DNA of 64,000 nt from contig CAVSQB010000026.1 in assembly GCA_963729895.1 (NCBI GenBank), positions 64,001 through 128,000 of the forward strand, written 5' to 3'. Source of the stretch: an uncultured Fibrobacterota bacterium (GTDB lineage Bacteria > Fibrobacterota > Chitinivibrionia > Chitinivibrionales > FEN-1185). The position numbers were made by a program, and so were the translations under genes. Below, piece after piece: positions 48,931-59,184 of this stretch (position 1 is the stretch's first letter; the number at the start of each line of letters is the position of its first letter). The notes beneath the pieces are model-generated. The model had not been told where the DNA came from, made no database searches, and worked only from the letters and a program-made list of their open reading frames with translations.

Positions 48931-50829
48931 CTATTTCACGCGCACGATTTCGGTCCGGCGGTTGAGCGCCCTGCCCGCCGCGGTCCGGTTGTCGGCAATC
49001 GGATCGGCGGCCCCGTATCCGATGGCGCGCACGCGCGGGGAATCTATGCCCTGATTGATAATATACTGCCTTACCGATTCCGCGCGCATCTGGGTGAGCT
49101 GCAGCGCGGCCGCAGATTTGAGAAGTCCATCGGAATAGCAGCGAACTTCTATTTCTATTTCCGGGAACTCCTTCATGGTTGTGGCAACAGGGTCCAGCCA
49201 CTGGAGCGATTCAAATGTCATTTCCGCGGAGTTCTTCCGGTACGTCACCCCGCGCAAGGTCTGCTGCTGCGGAAAATTTAGTTCCTTCTTCACCGGTGCG
49301 GGCGTGGACGTGGTATCGGGGCAGCCGTTGTTGCTCGCCGGCCCCGGTACATTGGGGCACTTGTCTTTGAGGTCAGGCACGCCGTCCATATCGTTGTCGA
49401 GGTCGGGACAGCCGTCGTCGTCCTCAAAACCGTCGATATCTTCGGGCTCATTAGGGCATTTGTCAATAGAATCCGGAATGCCGTCGCGGTCGTTGTCGAA
49501 ATCCGGGCATCCGTCGTTATCCTCGAAGCCGTCGAAATCCTCGGGTTCGTTGGGGCACTGGTCCCTTGCATCAGCTATCCCGTCGCCGTCGTTGTCGAGG
49601 TCCGGACAGCCGTCGTCGTCCTCAAAACCGTCCACGTCTTCCGGCTTTGTAGGGCATTTGTCTACCCCTTTGCACACGGCGGCGTACTTGCTTTCCTGGT
49701 GTTTCTGCGACACCCACGGATCGCAGATGCCGTCCTTGTCGCTGTCCGGGTCCGGGCACCCGTTGTTCCAGGCGGGCCCCGAATCGTCGGGGCATTTGTC
49801 GACGTTATCGGGAACACCGTCGTGATCACGGTCTTGCGTTGTGCGAAATCCGTTCCACCCGAAGGTAAACTGCACTCCATAGGCAGGCTGGACTCCGGTT
49901 GAGTAGGTGAACCCCTTCTCGTGCCAGTTGTACCTGTCCTGGTCGCGGTTCGACGACAGGCTGAACTCCCCCGCGAGGCAAAAGTAAAGGCCGGTCGGCG
50001 TTGTAACGCGCACTCCCGGAGTGACCCACAACGGGTCTTTGCGGATATCGTACCCCGACGAGAGGTTGCTCCACCTCGACTCCGCCGTTATTTCGGCAAA
50101 AAGGGCGACAAACTCCGCCGGCGTGTACTCGAGGGCCAGCGCCCCGCACACCGTGTTCTGGGAGTTCACGTCCGTAAAGACCCCGCCCAGATTCGCGTGT
50201 ATCTGCAGCGGCGCCCGCTTGCCCAGGTCGAGTGTAAAGATTATCATCGGTTTCACCGTTACGTACGCCACGGTGTAAAAATACTGGGTTTGACCCAGCG
50301 CCGTATCCACCGCATGGGGCAGGTGGCGCGGGAAGAGACCGTCTCCCTTGGTGCCGGTTGGAAACGTGGCCGACACGAGGATGGCTTGGTAGAAGTACTT
50401 GTCAAAAGATATCGGCGGCAGCATGAACTTGGTGGTGAGCTCAACGTCCCCGAGTCCCGCGTCCGTTGGTCCGAATCCGCTCCAGTCGTAGTACACCGGC
50501 AACGCCACGGCGAGGTCCCAGTAATTAAGGAGCCCCAGGGAGAGATAGAAATCTGAGGAGATAAGCTTGGCCGGGTCCTGGATCACATTTGCAATGGATT
50601 TGTCATCCGGTTCGATCCGGGTGATATCCCAGGTTGGGCCCTTTACATAATCGGACGATTGCTCGACCTCGACGCCCAACCCGGCATTCATCCTGCCCTG
50701 CCCGAGGGTCTTTGCCGACTGGGTGCGCACAAGGCCGTTCAGGCCGTCCGTGTTGTCGGTTGCCCACGACCCCATGAGGGCGAACAGACACAGCAAACAG
50801 CAAAAAGGAATTCTTTGCGCCGGATCCAT
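48931..50829 (-). CDS. OmpA-family protein with thrombospondin type-3 repeats
   Basis: D.D.DG..D..DKCP..PED.DGFED.DGCP repeats; RAESVRQY, NRTAAGRALNRR. Confidence 0.92.
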   Translation of the reverse strand: MDPAQRIPFCCLLCLFALMGSWATDNTDGLNGLVRTQSAKTLGQGRMNAGLGVEVEQSSDYVKGPTWDITRIEPDDKSIANVIQDPAKLISSDFYLSLGLLNYWDLAVALPVYYDWSGFGPTDAGLGDVELTTKFMLPPISFDKYFYQAILVSATFPTGTKGDGLFPRHLPHAVDTALGQTQYFYTVAYVTVKPMIIFTLDLGKRAPLQIHANLGGVFTDVNSQNTVCGALALEYTPAEFVALFAEITAESRWSNLSSGYDIRKDPLWVTPGVRVTTPTGLYFCLAGEFSLSSNRDQDRYNWHEKGFTYSTGVQPAYGVQFTFGWNGFRTTQDRDHDGVPDNVDKCPDDSGPAWNNGCPDPDSDKDGICDPWVSQKHQESKYAAVCKGVDKCPTKPEDVDGFEDDDGCPDLDNDGDGIADARDQCPNEPEDFDGFEDNDGCPDFDNDRDGIPDSIDKCPNEPEDIDGFEDDDGCPDLDNDMDGVPDLKDKCPNVPGPASNNGCPDTTSTPAPVKKELNFPQQQTLRGVTYRKNSAEMTFESLQWLDPVATTMKEFPEIEIEVRCYSDGLLKSAAALQLTQMRAESVRQYIINQGIDSPRVRAIGYGAADPIADNRTAAGRALNRRTEIVRVK

Positions 50830-50884
50830 CGGCCCGGTCTCCTTTGCCAGCGCACCAACCGCCGCCGGGGCGTGGACTGTCGTG

Positions 50885-52885
50885 TCAGTCGATCCGTCTC
50901 ATTTCGATCCGGCGGTTGAACGCACGGCCTTCGGGCGTTGTGTTATTGGTAATCGGGTCTTCCCCTCCCCTGCCGATGGCCTTGATGCGCGAAGAATCAA
51001 CTCCGCGGAGAATCAGATACGCCCGCACGGTTTCGGCCCGGTGTAACGACAGCTTCTTATTGGCCGCGGCGTTGCCGGAGTTATCCGTAAAGCCGCATAT
51101 CTCAATCTTCACTTCTGGATACGCTTTGAGGGATTCGAAAACGTCATCGAGCTTCTGATACGACTCCGAGACGAGGTCGGAGGAGTTCGGTTTGAAATCG
51201 ATGCCCTTGAGAATGAGCCTGCCCCGCTTAATCTCTTTTGCTTTTGGCGATTCCTGGAGGACCTCCTTGGGGCACCCGAAATTGTCGGCAGGACCGGGCA
51301 CGTCTGGACATCTGTCCAAGCTGTCCGGTACGCCGTCGAGGTCGTTGTCGTAATCCGGGCATCCGTCCTCGTCTTCAAAGTTATCCATGTCCTCGGGAAG
51401 GTTGGGACACTTGTCGCTGCCCTTGCATAACTTTTCGTACTGCTTTTCGCGGTGCTGATCCGCCACCCACGGATCGCAAATGCCGTCCTTGTCGTTGTCC
51501 GGGTCCGGACAACCGTCCTTGTCCTGGAAGCCGTCGTAATCCTCGGGATCGTCCGGGCATTCGTCAAGAGAATCCGCGATGCCGTCCTTGTCGTTGTCGT
51601 AGTCCGGGCATCCGTCTTCGTCCTCGAAGCCGTCGAAGTCTTCGGGAACCTGGGGGCATTTGTCAATTGAATCGGGAATGCCGTCGTTGTCGCTGTCGAA
51701 ATTCTTCCGGACCTTCTGCGCCGGTTCAACCTTGAAAAGAAAGCCGCACCAGCCGATGGACGCGTTCAGCTTCCAGTTGGGCTGCAGCCGCGCTATGGTG
51801 TAGGCGTTCTGTGCTTCATACGTAATCGGGGCCTGCGACGAGAGGCCCCAGTCGGCGCCAAGGGAAACAAACAAGCCTTCGGGCATGTGGATGATGATTC
51901 CGGGCGACAGCCGGAGAGGATCGTTTCCGATCTTGAAACCGTCGGTTATGCTGCCCAGCCGCGGTTCCGCGCTTGCTTCGGTGTAGAGCGAAATCCACGA
52001 GGCGGGGCGGTATTCGGCCGCGGCATTGAACAGGAGAACCTGATCGAAACCGCGCGCCGCCAGGATGCGGGCTCCAAGATTGACATGCAGTAAGAGCGGT
52101 ATGACGTCGTCGTGTTCCCAGCAATTGAAGGTGAAAAGCAGTTTGAGTTCCACTTCCGTAATGCCCGACGAATAGCAGGACGAGAGCGCCTGCGCCGAAT
52201 CGCCGCTCGGAGTCAGCACCGTGGAATCCTTGAGCAGGTAGTAGGTGTGGCGCGGAAAATAGCCGTGCGTCTTGTCGCCCGTGGGAAGGCTGACGCTCGC
52301 GAGATACGCCATGTCAAGAACACGGGGACCCTTGCGAGGCGGCACCTGCAATTTCAACTTGAATTCCAAGTCACCCAATCCTCCTTGTATCCCGCCATAG
52401 CTCTTCTCTGGCGGCGGGGGAAGGGAATCGTACCGGGACATGTTGTCGATGTACAGGGGCAGGGTCGCGGAAATATCGAGGAAGTTCAGGATGCCGAAAC
52501 CGATTGAAGGCATGATGTCGTACGGGGAACCTTGCGGATTCAGAACGGGGAGGTGCGTCGCGTCAAGGTTGACAAGTTGGACTATGGAGTTGTCGAGGCT
52601 CGCGTCTCCGAATGCCGAAAACACCAGCCGGCCCATGCCGAGCGTCTTTGCAGACTCGGTGTACTCAAGTCCCACCTGACCGAACCGGTTGATAATCGGC
52701 TCGGTGGGCGATTGCGCTTTGGCGCAGGTACACAGGACAAGAACAAACGCCGCAACAATCGCCGCCTTGGCCGCTTCTTTGGCGGACAACAACTCGGGGG
52801 CCGGAACAGAATGACAATGTGCATAAAACGCTCTTCTTCCCGGAAGCAGAAAAATCATTCTCTCGTTCCCCCATCCCTGCCGCAA
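50885..52885 (-). CDS. OmpA-family protein with thrombospondin type-3 repeats (paralogue; start uncertain)
   Basis: Same architecture; GFTDNSG..NKKLS..RA, GRAFNRRIE. Confidence 0.92.
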   Translation of the reverse strand: MRQGWGNERMIFLLPGRRAFYAHCHSVPAPELLSAKEAAKAAIVAAFVLVLCTCAKAQSPTEPIINRFGQVGLEYTESAKTLGMGRLVFSAFGDASLDNSIVQLVNLDATHLPVLNPQGSPYDIMPSIGFGILNFLDISATLPLYIDNMSRYDSLPPPPEKSYGGIQGGLGDLEFKLKLQVPPRKGPRVLDMAYLASVSLPTGDKTHGYFPRHTYYLLKDSTVLTPSGDSAQALSSCYSSGITEVELKLLFTFNCWEHDDVIPLLLHVNLGARILAARGFDQVLLFNAAAEYRPASWISLYTEASAEPRLGSITDGFKIGNDPLRLSPGIIIHMPEGLFVSLGADWGLSSQAPITYEAQNAYTIARLQPNWKLNASIGWCGFLFKVEPAQKVRKNFDSDNDGIPDSIDKCPQVPEDFDGFEDEDGCPDYDNDKDGIADSLDECPDDPEDYDGFQDKDGCPDPDNDKDGICDPWVADQHREKQYEKLCKGSDKCPNLPEDMDNFEDEDGCPDYDNDLDGVPDSLDRCPDVPGPADNFGCPKEVLQESPKAKEIKRGRLILKGIDFKPNSSDLVSESYQKLDDVFESLKAYPEVKIEICGFTDNSGNAAANKKLSLHRAETVRAYLILRGVDSSRIKAIGRGGEDPITNNTTPEGRAFNRRIEMRRID

Positions 52886-53212
52886 TTACTTTCGTGCAAA
52901 TAAGTTGGCCCAAAGCAACAGCAACGAAAAACCGGCAGCAGGACTTCGGAATTTCGCTCGCTGTGAAACGCTTCAAAATTACTCTGTCTCACCCATGGAA
53001 ATCAACGTTTCTGCGCACAATCAACGCAGCACCGACAATTATGGAATGTCGGCCCACGGCTGGGGAAAACGCTGCTGAAGCGGGCTCAGGGGAAGGGCAA
53101 AAGTGCGCCGCCGGGGGGAGGGGAATTGTCGATTCGTAATGTACTCGCACGGCCCGGCGAAGCGGTCGTCCGCACCTCAAACATCGGGGGGAGACAGGTC
53201 CCTGCCGCCGTC

Positions 53213-55225
53213 CTACTTTATTTCCTCAATAGCAATGAGCGCCTGGTCTTTCTCAACCATGGCGCCGTCCTCCACCAGGAACCGGAGGATCTTGCACTTG
53301 ACCGGGGTGACAATCTCGTTGAACAGCTTCATGGCCTCAACGATGCACACCTTGGCGCCGGCATCAACCACGTCGCCGACGTCAACAAGCTTGGGTTTGC
53401 CCGGACCGGACGTGGAATAAAATGTTCCCACCAGCGGCGCCTTGATCGTCATCCCCTCAGGCGCAGGGACCGAGGGTTTTTCCTGCTTCACGGACACGGG
53501 CGGCGCCTCGGCGGGCCGTTTCTTCTCTTCACCCGCTTTCGGGACGGCGGACGGCGCGGGTTTCGGGATAACGGGAATTTTGGTCGTGTCGGACCTGAGC
53601 GAGAGCGAAAAATCGCCCTTCCTGAATGTCAATTCATCGAGCTGCAGGCCTCCGGCCTTGCCCAGAAGCTCGCCGAGCCCGCGGTAATCCTCGGGATGCA
53701 GAATCTGGTCGAGCGATGTGCCTTCCTGTTTTTCCTGCTCCGGCTCCCGCGCTTTCTTTTCCGGAACTTTCAGGAATTTCTTCAGCTCGAGATCGGCGGG
53801 CGTTTCGGGACGTTGCCCCTCGGGCAGGTCCCGCCACTTGAAATACTCCATGCTCGGCTCCGGCAGGATGCAGTAGGAAATGATATCTTCTTCATTCTTG
53901 ATGTATTTCGGGTCAATTCCCTCCGTCGCCTTGGGCAGCATGGGCGCAATGGTGTCTCCCGGCCGTACGGTGATCGGCTTTTCGTCTCCCAGAATTTTCC
54001 TCGCAAGTTCGGGATTCACCTTTCCCGGCGCCCGGCCGTACAGGCCGCGGAAATAATCCTTCACTTCGTTCGGAATAATCTTGTACCGCTCGCCCGAAAG
54101 GACGTTCATCACCGCCTGCGCGCCCACGATCTGGCTCGTGGGGGTCACGAGCGGCGGCCAACCGAGGTCCTCCCGCACGCGCCTCACCTCCGCAAGCGCA
54201 AGATCCAGTTTGTCAAGGGCGTTCTGCTTGGAAAGCTGAGACCGGAAATTGGAGATCATGCCTCCCGGGATCTGGTGGATAAGGATCTGCGGGTCGATGC
54301 AGAACACGAGCGAGGTGTCGGTGTTGCGCTGCGGATACAGATCCGCAAAGTAACGGTGCACCTTGAGCATCGCGTCCTTGTCGAGGTCGGCGTGGTAATC
54401 GGTCTCGGAAAAAATGGCTTCAAGCGTTTCCACCGGCGGCTGGCTGCTGGTTCCCGCCATCGCCGCGACGGCGCAGTCGATGGCTCCCGCGCCTGCGCGC
54501 ACCCCCTCGACGTAGGTGGAAATGGCCATGCCCGAGCTGGCATGGCAGTGCAGTTGTATCGGTATGTCAAGTTGCTCGATAAGCGCACTCACCAGGCGTT
54601 CCGCCATCATGGGCGACAGGATGCCGGCCATGTCCTTGATGCAGATCGAATCAACGCCGAGCTGCTTCTGCTCGCGCGCGTATTCCACGAATTTCTTGAT
54701 GGTGTGCACCGGGCTGATGGTGTAGCACAGGGTGCCCTGCGCGTGACCGCCGTGCTTCTTGACCGCCCGCACCGCCGCCTCGATGTTTCGCGTGTCGTTA
54801 AGCGCGTCGAACACGCGGAAGATGTCCATGCCGTTTTCGCAGGCAAGCGCCACGAACCGGTCCACGACGTCGTCGGCATAGTTCTTGTATCCGACCAGGT
54901 TCTGGCCTCGCAGGAGCATTTGCAGCGGCGTCTTCTTCGTCTTCGACTTGATGAGCCGCAGGCGCTCCCACGGGTTTTCCCGGAGAAAGCGGAGGCACAC
55001 GTCAAATGTCGCGCCGCCCCAGCATTCCAGGGAATAGTAACCCACATTGTCGATGGTGTCGATGATCTTGACAATGTCCTCGGTGCGCATGCGCGTGGCC
55101 CACAACGACTGGTGCGCATCGCGCAAGGTGGTGTCGGTGATGCGCAGCGGTATCTTGTGCAGCTTGTTCTCAATGGTTTGTTTTTTCGCCCTGGCCATGG
55201 ATATGTCCTGTTCGGTTTGGTTCAA
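53213..55225 (-). CDS. Pyruvate/oxaloacetate carboxyltransferase (PycB/OadA/5S-type) fused to an AccB-type biotin carrier
   Basis: DTTLRDAHQSL, ECWGGATFD, QMLLRGQN, CIKDMAG, LHCH, PPLVTPTSQIVG; C-terminal APLVGTFY..P...EAMKLFNEI. Confidence 0.92.
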   Translation of the reverse strand: MNQTEQDISMARAKKQTIENKLHKIPLRITDTTLRDAHQSLWATRMRTEDIVKIIDTIDNVGYYSLECWGGATFDVCLRFLRENPWERLRLIKSKTKKTPLQMLLRGQNLVGYKNYADDVVDRFVALACENGMDIFRVFDALNDTRNIEAAVRAVKKHGGHAQGTLCYTISPVHTIKKFVEYAREQKQLGVDSICIKDMAGILSPMMAERLVSALIEQLDIPIQLHCHASSGMAISTYVEGVRAGAGAIDCAVAAMAGTSSQPPVETLEAIFSETDYHADLDKDAMLKVHRYFADLYPQRNTDTSLVFCIDPQILIHQIPGGMISNFRSQLSKQNALDKLDLALAEVRRVREDLGWPPLVTPTSQIVGAQAVMNVLSGERYKIIPNEVKDYFRGLYGRAPGKVNPELARKILGDEKPITVRPGDTIAPMLPKATEGIDPKYIKNEEDIISYCILPEPSMEYFKWRDLPEGQRPETPADLELKKFLKVPEKKAREPEQEKQEGTSLDQILHPEDYRGLGELLGKAGGLQLDELTFRKGDFSLSLRSDTTKIPVIPKPAPSAVPKAGEEKKRPAEAPPVSVKQEKPSVPAPEGMTIKAPLVGTFYSTSGPGKPKLVDVGDVVDAGAKVCIVEAMKLFNEIVTPVKCKILRFLVEDGAMVEKDQALIAIEEIK

Positions 55226-55312
55226 TTCTAAGACAAGTATCTGGGCGTTTCCCTCGGTGAATCTTTTCTTCTTTGCCCCGTGTTCTCCGTGTCTCCGTGG
55301 TGAATCTTATTC

Positions 55313-56263
55313 TTAGTCTGCAAACAACCCCATCTTCGAGTATTTCTCGAACCGGTGCCGCAGGAGCCTCGACGTCGACTGCGCGGCAAGCCTCTTGAGG
55401 TGCTTGAGCAGCGCGCGTTTGATTTCCTGCGCCGTCAGTTCGTAGTTCCGGTGCGCCCCGCCGAGCGGCTCGGGCACTATCTCGTCTATCACGCCGAGCG
55501 CGCGCAGCGACGGTGCGGTGGGCTTGAGCGCCTCGGCGGCCTGGGGCGAATACGACGCATCACGCCACAAAATGGACGCGCAGCCTTCCGGGGAAATCAC
55601 CGAATACACGGAGTGCGACAGCATGAGCACTGCATCGCCCACGCCGATGGCCAGCGCGCCTCCGCTGCCGCCTTCTCCCGTGACAAGAGCGATGATGGGA
55701 ACCGCGAGCCTGGCCATTTCGGTAAGGTTCGTAGCGATCGCCTCGGGCTGGCCGCGTTCCTCCGCCTCAATGCCGGGATAGGCGCCCTGGGTGTCGATAA
55801 AGCACAGCACGGGCAAGCCGTACTTTTCCGCCAGTTTCATAAGGCGGAGCGCCTTGCGGTATCCCTCCGGCTTTGCCTGGCCGAAATTGCGTTTTACATT
55901 TTCGTCGACGTTCTTGCCCTTGTTGTGGCCGATAAGCATTACCCTGCGTTTTCCGATGGTAGCGAACCCGCCGATAAGCGCTGCATCGTCGCCGAAGGAC
56001 CGGTCGCCGTGCAGTTCGATGAAATCGGAGAAGACGAGTGAAATGTAATCCTGGAGCACGGGCCGCTTGGGGTGGCGCGCAATCTGCACCGTTTGCCAGG
56101 CCGTCAGGTTTCCGTATAGCTCCTGTTTCTGCTGCTGGCATTTCTTTTCGAGTTCGGCTATTTCGTCGTTGTAATGGTTCTTGTCGGGAGAGATCGACTT
56201 GAGCTTCTCGATCATCTTCTCCATTTCGGCAATTGACTTTTCAAAATCGAAATAGTCGCTCAT
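55313..56263 (-). CDS. accA: Acetyl-CoA carboxylase carboxyltransferase alpha
   Basis: DFEK.I, ARHP.RP, ELHGDR..GDD, PEGYRKA, AEERGQ, GEGGSGGALA, ISPEGCASILW. Confidence 0.96.
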   Translation of the reverse strand: MSDYFDFEKSIAEMEKMIEKLKSISPDKNHYNDEIAELEKKCQQQKQELYGNLTAWQTVQIARHPKRPVLQDYISLVFSDFIELHGDRSFGDDAALIGGFATIGKRRVMLIGHNKGKNVDENVKRNFGQAKPEGYRKALRLMKLAEKYGLPVLCFIDTQGAYPGIEAEERGQPEAIATNLTEMARLAVPIIALVTGEGGSGGALAIGVGDAVLMLSHSVYSVISPEGCASILWRDASYSPQAAEALKPTAPSLRALGVIDEIVPEPLGGAHRNYELTAQEIKRALLKHLKRLAAQSTSRLLRHRFEKYSKMGLFAD

Positions 56264-56286
56264 AGGATGCGCCTTGGCCGGACCGG

Positions 56287-57123
56287 TTAACGGGCGTAGT
56301 ACAGGAGAACGTTCTTAAGGGTTTCTTTGAGCTTTTTCCGCGCGACGATCAGGTCGATGAACCCGTGCTCCAGAAAATATTCCGAGGTCTGGAAATTATC
56401 GGGAAGTTTCTGTTTGATGGTCTGCTCTATCACGCGCCTGCCCGCAAACCCAACCAGTGCACCCGGTTCCGCGATGTTGACGTCGCCGACCATGGCGTAA
56501 CTTGCAACAACGCCTCCCGTCGTAGGGTCCGTAAGCACCGAAAGGTAGGGGATTTTCTTTTCCCGAAGACGCGCAATGCCCGCGCATGTCTTGGCCATCT
56601 GCATGAGCGAAAGGATTCCCTCGTGCATGCGCGCGCCGCCCGAGGCGGAGAAGATGATGTACGGAATCTTGTGTTCATAGGAATAATTTGCGGCCAGGAG
56701 GATTTTTTCTCCCGTAGCGCTTCCGAGGCTGCCGCCGAAAAACCGGAAGTCCATCACCGAAATTGAAACGGCGATTTCATGGATCTTCCCGATGCCGCAC
56801 ACGACGGATTCGTTGAGCCCGGTCTTCTCGCGGGCTTCTTTCACCTTGTCTTTGTAACTGCCCTTGGCGTAAACAAAAGACAGCGGGTCGGAGGCAGTTA
56901 TCGCGGTGAACATCTCCTTGAACGTATCGATGTCAAGGATCTGACCGATCCGCTCATATGCGGTCAACTTGCCGTGGTAACCGCATTTTGGGCAGACATT
57001 AAGGGAATTGCACCAATCTTCCTTGAACACGTGCGCGTTGCAGGAATCGCACTTGACCCAAATATCGTCTTTGACAGGCTTGGGCTGCTCTTCGGTGGAT
57101 TTCGATTTTATGAACCAGGGCAC
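56287..57123 (-). CDS. accD: Acetyl-CoA carboxylase carboxyltransferase beta
   Basis: WVKC..C...VCPKC zinc finger, SGGARMHEG..SLMQMAK, PTTGGV.AS, GFAGRRVIEQT. Confidence 0.96.
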   Translation of the reverse strand: MPWFIKSKSTEEQPKPVKDDIWVKCDSCNAHVFKEDWCNSLNVCPKCGYHGKLTAYERIGQILDIDTFKEMFTAITASDPLSFVYAKGSYKDKVKEAREKTGLNESVVCGIGKIHEIAVSISVMDFRFFGGSLGSATGEKILLAANYSYEHKIPYIIFSASGGARMHEGILSLMQMAKTCAGIARLREKKIPYLSVLTDPTTGGVVASYAMVGDVNIAEPGALVGFAGRRVIEQTIKQKLPDNFQTSEYFLEHGFIDLIVARKKLKETLKNVLLYYAR

Positions 57124-57197
57124 TAATTACTTCCTTCAATAATCATGCACGGTAACGAAATTTGTCTGTTTGAAGAAAAGGCCTGGGAAGGGCGGAT

Positions 57198-57240
57198 TTG
57201 GCCTGGAGGATAAATATATAACAAATCCAGGCCAAGTCAA
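57198..57240 (-). promoter_or_regulatory. Sigma-70-like promoter of accD overlapped by a 10-bp inverted repeat
   Basis: Minus strand TTGACT-N16-TATATT; TTGGCCTGGA (57198-57207) / TCCAGGCCAA (57226-57235). Confidence 0.5.
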
Positions 57241-57254
57241 TAATTGTACCTGAA

Positions 57255-59063
57255 TCATCCAAGACGCTTTTCCAAGGCAGCCAATTCGTCGGCAAGCGCC
57301 GGAGGAAGCCTGGAGCCGAACCTTCTATAATGGTCCTTTATTCCCTCAAGTTCCTTTTTCCATTCTCCGGCATCCACCTTGAGCAGTTCCTTCATGTCTT
57401 CGCCGGACACGGGCAATCCCTTGGTGTCGATTGCCCCGGGCGAAGGCAGGTAGCCGATAGGCGACTTAACGGCCGCGCCGGTTCCCTCAGTGCGCTCGAA
57501 TATCCATTTGAGAACGCGACTGTTCTCGCCGTACCCGGGCCACAGCCACTTTCCATCATCGCTCTTTCTGAACCAGTTGACGTAGAAAATCTTGGGAAGA
57601 TTCTCGGCGGAGGTCTTTGTGCCGATTTTTATCCAGTGCGAAAGGTAATCTCCCATGTGATAGCCGCAGAACGGCAGCATGGCAAACGGGTCGCGGCGCA
57701 CAATGCCCACAGCCCCGATGTTTGCCGTGGTGGTCTCGGAGCCGACAATTGATCCGAGAAACACTCCGTGGTTCCAGGAAAACGCCTGATGCACGAGCGG
57801 AATTGTGGTCGGTCTTCTGCCTCCAACCAGAAACGCGCTTATGGGCACACCCTGCGGATCTTCCCATGCCGGATCAATTGCCGGACATTGGGTCGCAGGG
57901 GCGGTAAAACGGGCGTTGGGGTGCGCGCCCGCCCTGCGGGCCGTCATGTCCCATTCCTGGCCGGTCCAGTCGATGTTCCCGCCCTCGGGAGGATCAAAGC
58001 CGATTCCCTCCCACCAAACGTCTTTGTCCCGGGTGAGCACCACGTTGGTAAAGATCGTGTTCTTTTGTATCGAGAGCATCGCGTTCGGGTTTGATTCCAT
58101 CGACGTGCCCGGCACAACGCCGAAAAAGCCGGACTCCGGGTTGATGGCGTACAACCTGCCGTCCGGCCCGAATTTCATCCACGCAATATCGTCGCCGACC
58201 GTTTCGACTTTCCAACCGGGAATGGTGGGGATCATCATGGCCAGGTTGGTCTTGCCGCAGGCGCTCGGGAACGCGGCGGCGATGTATTTCTTCTTCCCCT
58301 GAGGATTGGTTATGCCGAGAATGAGCATGTGTTCGGCAAGCCACCCTTCATCCCGCGCCTGCACCGAGGCGATGCGCAGTGCAAAGCATTTCTTGCCCAA
58401 GAGCGCGTTTCCGCCATAGCCGGACCCGTATGACCAGATGGTCCGTTCTTCGGGAAAATGGCTTATATATTTGTTCGCAATGTCGGGGGCGCAGGGCCAC
58501 GTGGAATCTTTTTGGCCCGAAACTAGCGGAGAGCCCACGGAATGCAGGCAGGGAACAAAGTCTCCGTTGTCTCCCAGCACCTCGAGCACCTTGCTTCCCA
58601 TGCGCGTCATGATTCGCATGTTGACGACCACGTACGGCGAATCGGTGATTTCAACGCCGATCTTTGCTATCGAAGAACCGATGGGCCCCATTGAAAAGGG
58701 GACCACATACATTGTGCGGCCCTTCATGCACCCCGTATATAATCCGGTCATTTTTTTCTTGAGCTCGGCCGGGTCCATCCAGTTGTTCGTGGGGCCGGCA
58801 TCCTCCCGGGAGCGCGAGGCGATGTAGGTCCTGTCTTCCACACGCGCCACGTCCGAAGGGTGGCTTCGGAAAAGAAAACTGCCGGGCCTTTTTGCAGGAT
58901 TGAGCGGCGTGGCCATTCCTGCGGCCACCATGCCGGCGCAGATGCCGTCGTATTCCGTCTGGCTCCCGTCGCACCAGTGGATGCGTGCGGGTCGACACAG
59001 AGCCGCAACCTCTCTAACCCATTCGTTGAGTTTCCCGTTGGAAGTCGTCGCCTTCGATGCCAT
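57255..59063 (-). CDS. pckG: Phosphoenolpyruvate carboxykinase (GTP)
   Basis: [67 protein letters not shown] before ATG 59063. Confidence 0.97.
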   Translation of the reverse strand: MASKATTSNGKLNEWVREVAALCRPARIHWCDGSQTEYDGICAGMVAAGMATPLNPAKRPGSFLFRSHPSDVARVEDRTYIASRSREDAGPTNNWMDPAELKKKMTGLYTGCMKGRTMYVVPFSMGPIGSSIAKIGVEITDSPYVVVNMRIMTRMGSKVLEVLGDNGDFVPCLHSVGSPLVSGQKDSTWPCAPDIANKYISHFPEERTIWSYGSGYGGNALLGKKCFALRIASVQARDEGWLAEHMLILGITNPQGKKKYIAAAFPSACGKTNLAMMIPTIPGWKVETVGDDIAWMKFGPDGRLYAINPESGFFGVVPGTSMESNPNAMLSIQKNTIFTNVVLTRDKDVWWEGIGFDPPEGGNIDWTGQEWDMTARRAGAHPNARFTAPATQCPAIDPAWEDPQGVPISAFLVGGRRPTTIPLVHQAFSWNHGVFLGSIVGSETTTANIGAVGIVRRDPFAMLPFCGYHMGDYLSHWIKIGTKTSAENLPKIFYVNWFRKSDDGKWLWPGYGENSRVLKWIFERTEGTGAAVKSPIGYLPSPGAIDTKGLPVSGEDMKELLKVDAGEWKKELEGIKDHYRRFGSRLPPALADELAALEKRLG

Positions 59064-59140
59064 GGCCATCCTTTCTTTTTTGTCGGACTGTTTCCGCATT
59101 CCCTGCGGCACAGCACGGTTTCATCCCGGACATCCCGGTC

Positions 59141-59184
59141 AAAAAAAAAGACCAGAGAACTGCCGCTTCGGCACCTCTTTGGTC
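59141..59184 (-). terminator. Intrinsic terminator inside the pckG 5' leader (attenuator)
   Basis: GACCA-AAGAG-GUGCC-GAAGC-GGCA-GU-UCUC-UGGUC followed by U9, ~78 nt before the start codon. Confidence 0.82.

Noticed and set aside
49300..51700. Repetitive GTCGTTGTC/GCCGTC DNA
   Set aside because: Explained by TSP3 Asp-rich coding repeats; not a DGR template/variable pair, and no reverse transcriptase is present.
53213..55225. Na+-pumping oxaloacetate decarboxylase (oadA) call
   Set aside because: No oadB/oadG adjacent, and the biotin domain looks AccB-like next to accA/accD.
53126..55231. 701-aa + strand ORF (likewise 9086-10522, 15550-16842, 3165-4208, 38550-39725)
   Set aside because: Antisense shadows of well-supported genes, expected in GC-rich DNA.
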